A DNA stretch of 64,000 nt from Owenia fusiformis (Eukaryota). The translations under genes and the position numbers were made by a program. Location: positions 4,030,001 to 4,094,000 of the forward strand of contig CAIIXF020000001.1 in assembly GCA_903813345.2 (NCBI GenBank), in the 5' to 3' direction. The notes beneath the pieces were generated by a model that ran no database searches, was not told the DNA's origin, and saw only the letters and a list, made by a program, of their open reading frames with translations. Shown here one piece after another: positions 62,001 through 64,000 of this stretch. Within the stretch, counting starts at the first letter, position 1, and the number at the start of each line of letters is the position of its first letter.

Positions 62001-63087
62001 CTCAATGGGGTAGTGACCACAAATGAGGGCATTAATGGGCCAAGTGTTGAGGCTACAGTTAGTGGAGATACAGTCACAGTCACTGTTGGGGAAGTGAGCT
62101 TGTCTACAGCTTATGTGAGTATACAATTTTGAAAACTAGATGGCATGATATAGCAATGCATATTGGTTTATAAAGTCACAGTTACTGTTGTTTCAGTTAT
62201 TTTTTCATTTATTGTTGTCTCAGTTATTTTTTAGATACAGTTGTTTCAGTAACTGTTCTTTTAGATAGTGTTCATACAGTTACTATACTTTCTCAAAATG
62301 GCATTGTTGATCTTACAAAAGACGACATAAACTTAACTTGACTGATTTCATAGTTATGATACTCAATTGCGATACTTTAACTATTATTTATGAAACTGTA
62401 TTTTTATTTTCAGAGTGGTTCTTCTGGTTCTAAATGGTTTGTATTCACCAAGGAAACAAGCAGTAAAACAGTGTCCCTTTATGTGGGTGACTCCAGCAGC
62501 TTTTCAAAGACTGAGACCCTATTACCAGCAAACTGTAAGTGAACCTTGCACCATACATAAAAGTGACCATAAATTAATAATAAATTAAAGAACATTTTCA
62601 CATTTCAATTGCTTTATGAATCATTGCAGACAATCCCAAAGGGAACAGATGTACCTTGAAACTTGGGTTGACAGCATCAACATATGACAGTGTAAGTGGA
62701 AAGCATACAATAATGAAAGAAGACAGCATACAACAATGTTTAAGACAGCATTTTAATATTTCATAGAAATTGGATAAAAGGAGAATTGTAAATATTGGCT
62801 CCTTCCACATTCAACTTTGCTGTGCAAAATAATAATAAAAAAGATTAAACCACACGAGTTTTCCTATAATTTTTAAATATTTTACATGTTTTTACTCAAG
62901 GATGTTTTATATTTTAAATGATATATTCATATTTTTATACTTATAGTAACAGCTTTACAAATCTTTTACAAATCTATCAATTTTGTTTTAGTTTGGCCTG
63001 TGCACATATGGATGGACTGAAGAAGATGTGTCAAGCTTCCAGTCAAGTGGGGAACCGATTGCAAACCCTAATCCTGTTGTCATATAA
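59017..63087 (+). CDS. Secreted chitin-binding (ChtBD2/peritrophin-A) + LamG/ConA-like protein, Pif-like; 9 coding exons, 367 aa
   Basis: Exons 59017-59092, 59650-59670, 59912-60100, 60360-60407, 60668-60832, 61789-62114, 62414-62534, 62630-62691 and 62992-63087 total 1104 nt in one frame. Signal peptide MLKLLLLCCFYAVSMA; CBM14 motif DDCCHYYQC...RRMCMEPLVWN...C; a second Cys-rich module; C-terminal FTMFASF...WFVF...VSLYVG...CTLKLG...GLCTYGW. AATAAA at 63125. Confidence 0.8.
59458..59636 (+). repeat. 36-bp tandem repeat (4-5 copies) ending just before the 21-nt microexon acceptor
   Basis: Unit GCTGACAATATTGTGTAATCATGTGTAATGGCTTAT; degenerate similar sequence further upstream at about 59295-59340. 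Confidence 0.85.
60875..61474 (+). repeat. 21-bp minisatellite (about 28 copies) in an intron of the Pif-like gene
   Basis: Unit (G/A)AGTGTAAGTAGACAACAT(AC/AT); nearly every copy contains GTAAGT. Confidence 0.95.
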
Positions 63088-63124
63088 GTCTCAAGCCCAA
63101 ACTCTATGGCAATTACTGACAACA

Positions 63125-63130
63125 AATAAA
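63125..63130 (+). terminator. Polyadenylation signal of the Pif-like gene
   Basis: AATAAA about 40 nt after the TAA stop at 63085-63087. Confidence 0.55.
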
Positions 63131-63502
63131 AGGACATTATGACCAATAATATTGTGCATTCCTATGAAAATACATGTAAATTGACCTAAATTGAATAAAT
63201 CACATGATTGTATGCTTTATCTCTGGTTAAAATAGAATAGAAATAACATAGTCCACTATCATACAATTACTCGTTAAGAGTTGACTGTAAAACAAATTGC
63301 ACAAAAAAAGATTCAAAATTGGGAAGATACTGTATATGGTGAGATTAATAGTAAATAACCTAAAAACTAAGTAAAAAAGGCATAATTTTCGCATTTTCTG
63401 GTAAATAAGGCCTCTCCGAAAAATCAGAAGTCTTCCTGATGAAGGCTGGCAACAAGCTTACATACTTCTAGTTATAACACAGGGGAAGGTAAATATACTT
63501 AC

Positions 63503-63964
63503 AGTTGCTGTGATCACATGCTGAGATAGAGGGTACAAGGGTTCTGGGACTCTGATGTTGTACCATGAGGGAGTCACTGGAATCATAGAAATATACACTA
63601 AGTACTAAATAAATATAAGGGATCTTAGGATCTCGCCACAATATCCTAAATTCTCACTTGCTAGCCATGTTACTTTTTGACTGTCACAAATGAATTTATA
63701 TTTTTGACGCTCATAGCAACTTAATGGCCTTAAATGTATCTTTCATAGCTTTTTATGGGGAGTTTGGATGTGAAATGAAAATTAGGTACTTATAGGCAGA
63801 GTCCATACTCTGTATGGGTGTACTTCAAAGAATTTTATGTGTAGACATAATTGAGCTTGGTATAAGCTGTTCCAAGTTATACTTACATGTCTGTGATGTC
63901 ACTGGCAGCCCACAAGTGAGTCCATTGATATTCCCCGCGGAGATGGTGACACTGCGGGTGACAT
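63503..63964 (-). CDS. Two minus-strand exons (63887-63964, 63503-63604) of a gene entering from the right edge, possibly the same giant gene
   Basis: Both have AG...GTAAGT boundaries and phase 1-1. Joined they read VTRSVTISAGNINGLTCGLPVTSQT-LLSVYFYDSSDSLMVQHQSPRTLVPSISACDHSN with no stop. I could not confidently find the linking exon to 57076. Confidence 0.55.
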
Positions 63965-64000
63965 CTAGAGAAGGTTTCATAATATAGGCTGATTGTGAGA

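Overview
AT-rich animal genomic DNA with spliceosomal GT-AG introns, probably a lophotrochozoan invertebrate (inferred from a Pif-like chitin-binding/LamG gene and a FaNaC-like channel). It is not prokaryotic and has no CRISPR array. Most of the window is one very large minus-strand multi-exon gene that runs off the left edge. It encodes about 25 tandem, diverged, CARDB-like acidic beta-sandwich repeats (hand count from exon groups), then EGF/EGF_CA, TSP1, NIDO, AMOP, vWD and more EGF, i.e. a giant MUC4/SUSD2-type mucin-like matrix protein. Three plus-strand genes lie antisense inside or between its exons: an intact TRPV-family channel with an intronless CDS (34386-36545), a disabled intronless DEG/ENaC channel (about 52953-55593), and a complete 9-coding-exon secreted chitin-binding + LamG (Pif-like) gene (59017-63087). 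The most unusual signal is that most of the larger tandem repeats are built from splice signals. These are a 17-copy in-frame array of the exon end plus its 5' donor (13797-14940), whose variation is mostly synonymous, an 11-copy acceptor array (32000-32460), a GTAAGT array, a branch-point-like array before a 21-nt microexon, and several single junction duplications. Introns also carry a Helentron/HINE-like element, a mariner derivative, MITEs, a LINE 3' remnant and a tRNA-like fragment. All gene models were assembled by eye from splice signals and phase and have no transcript support.
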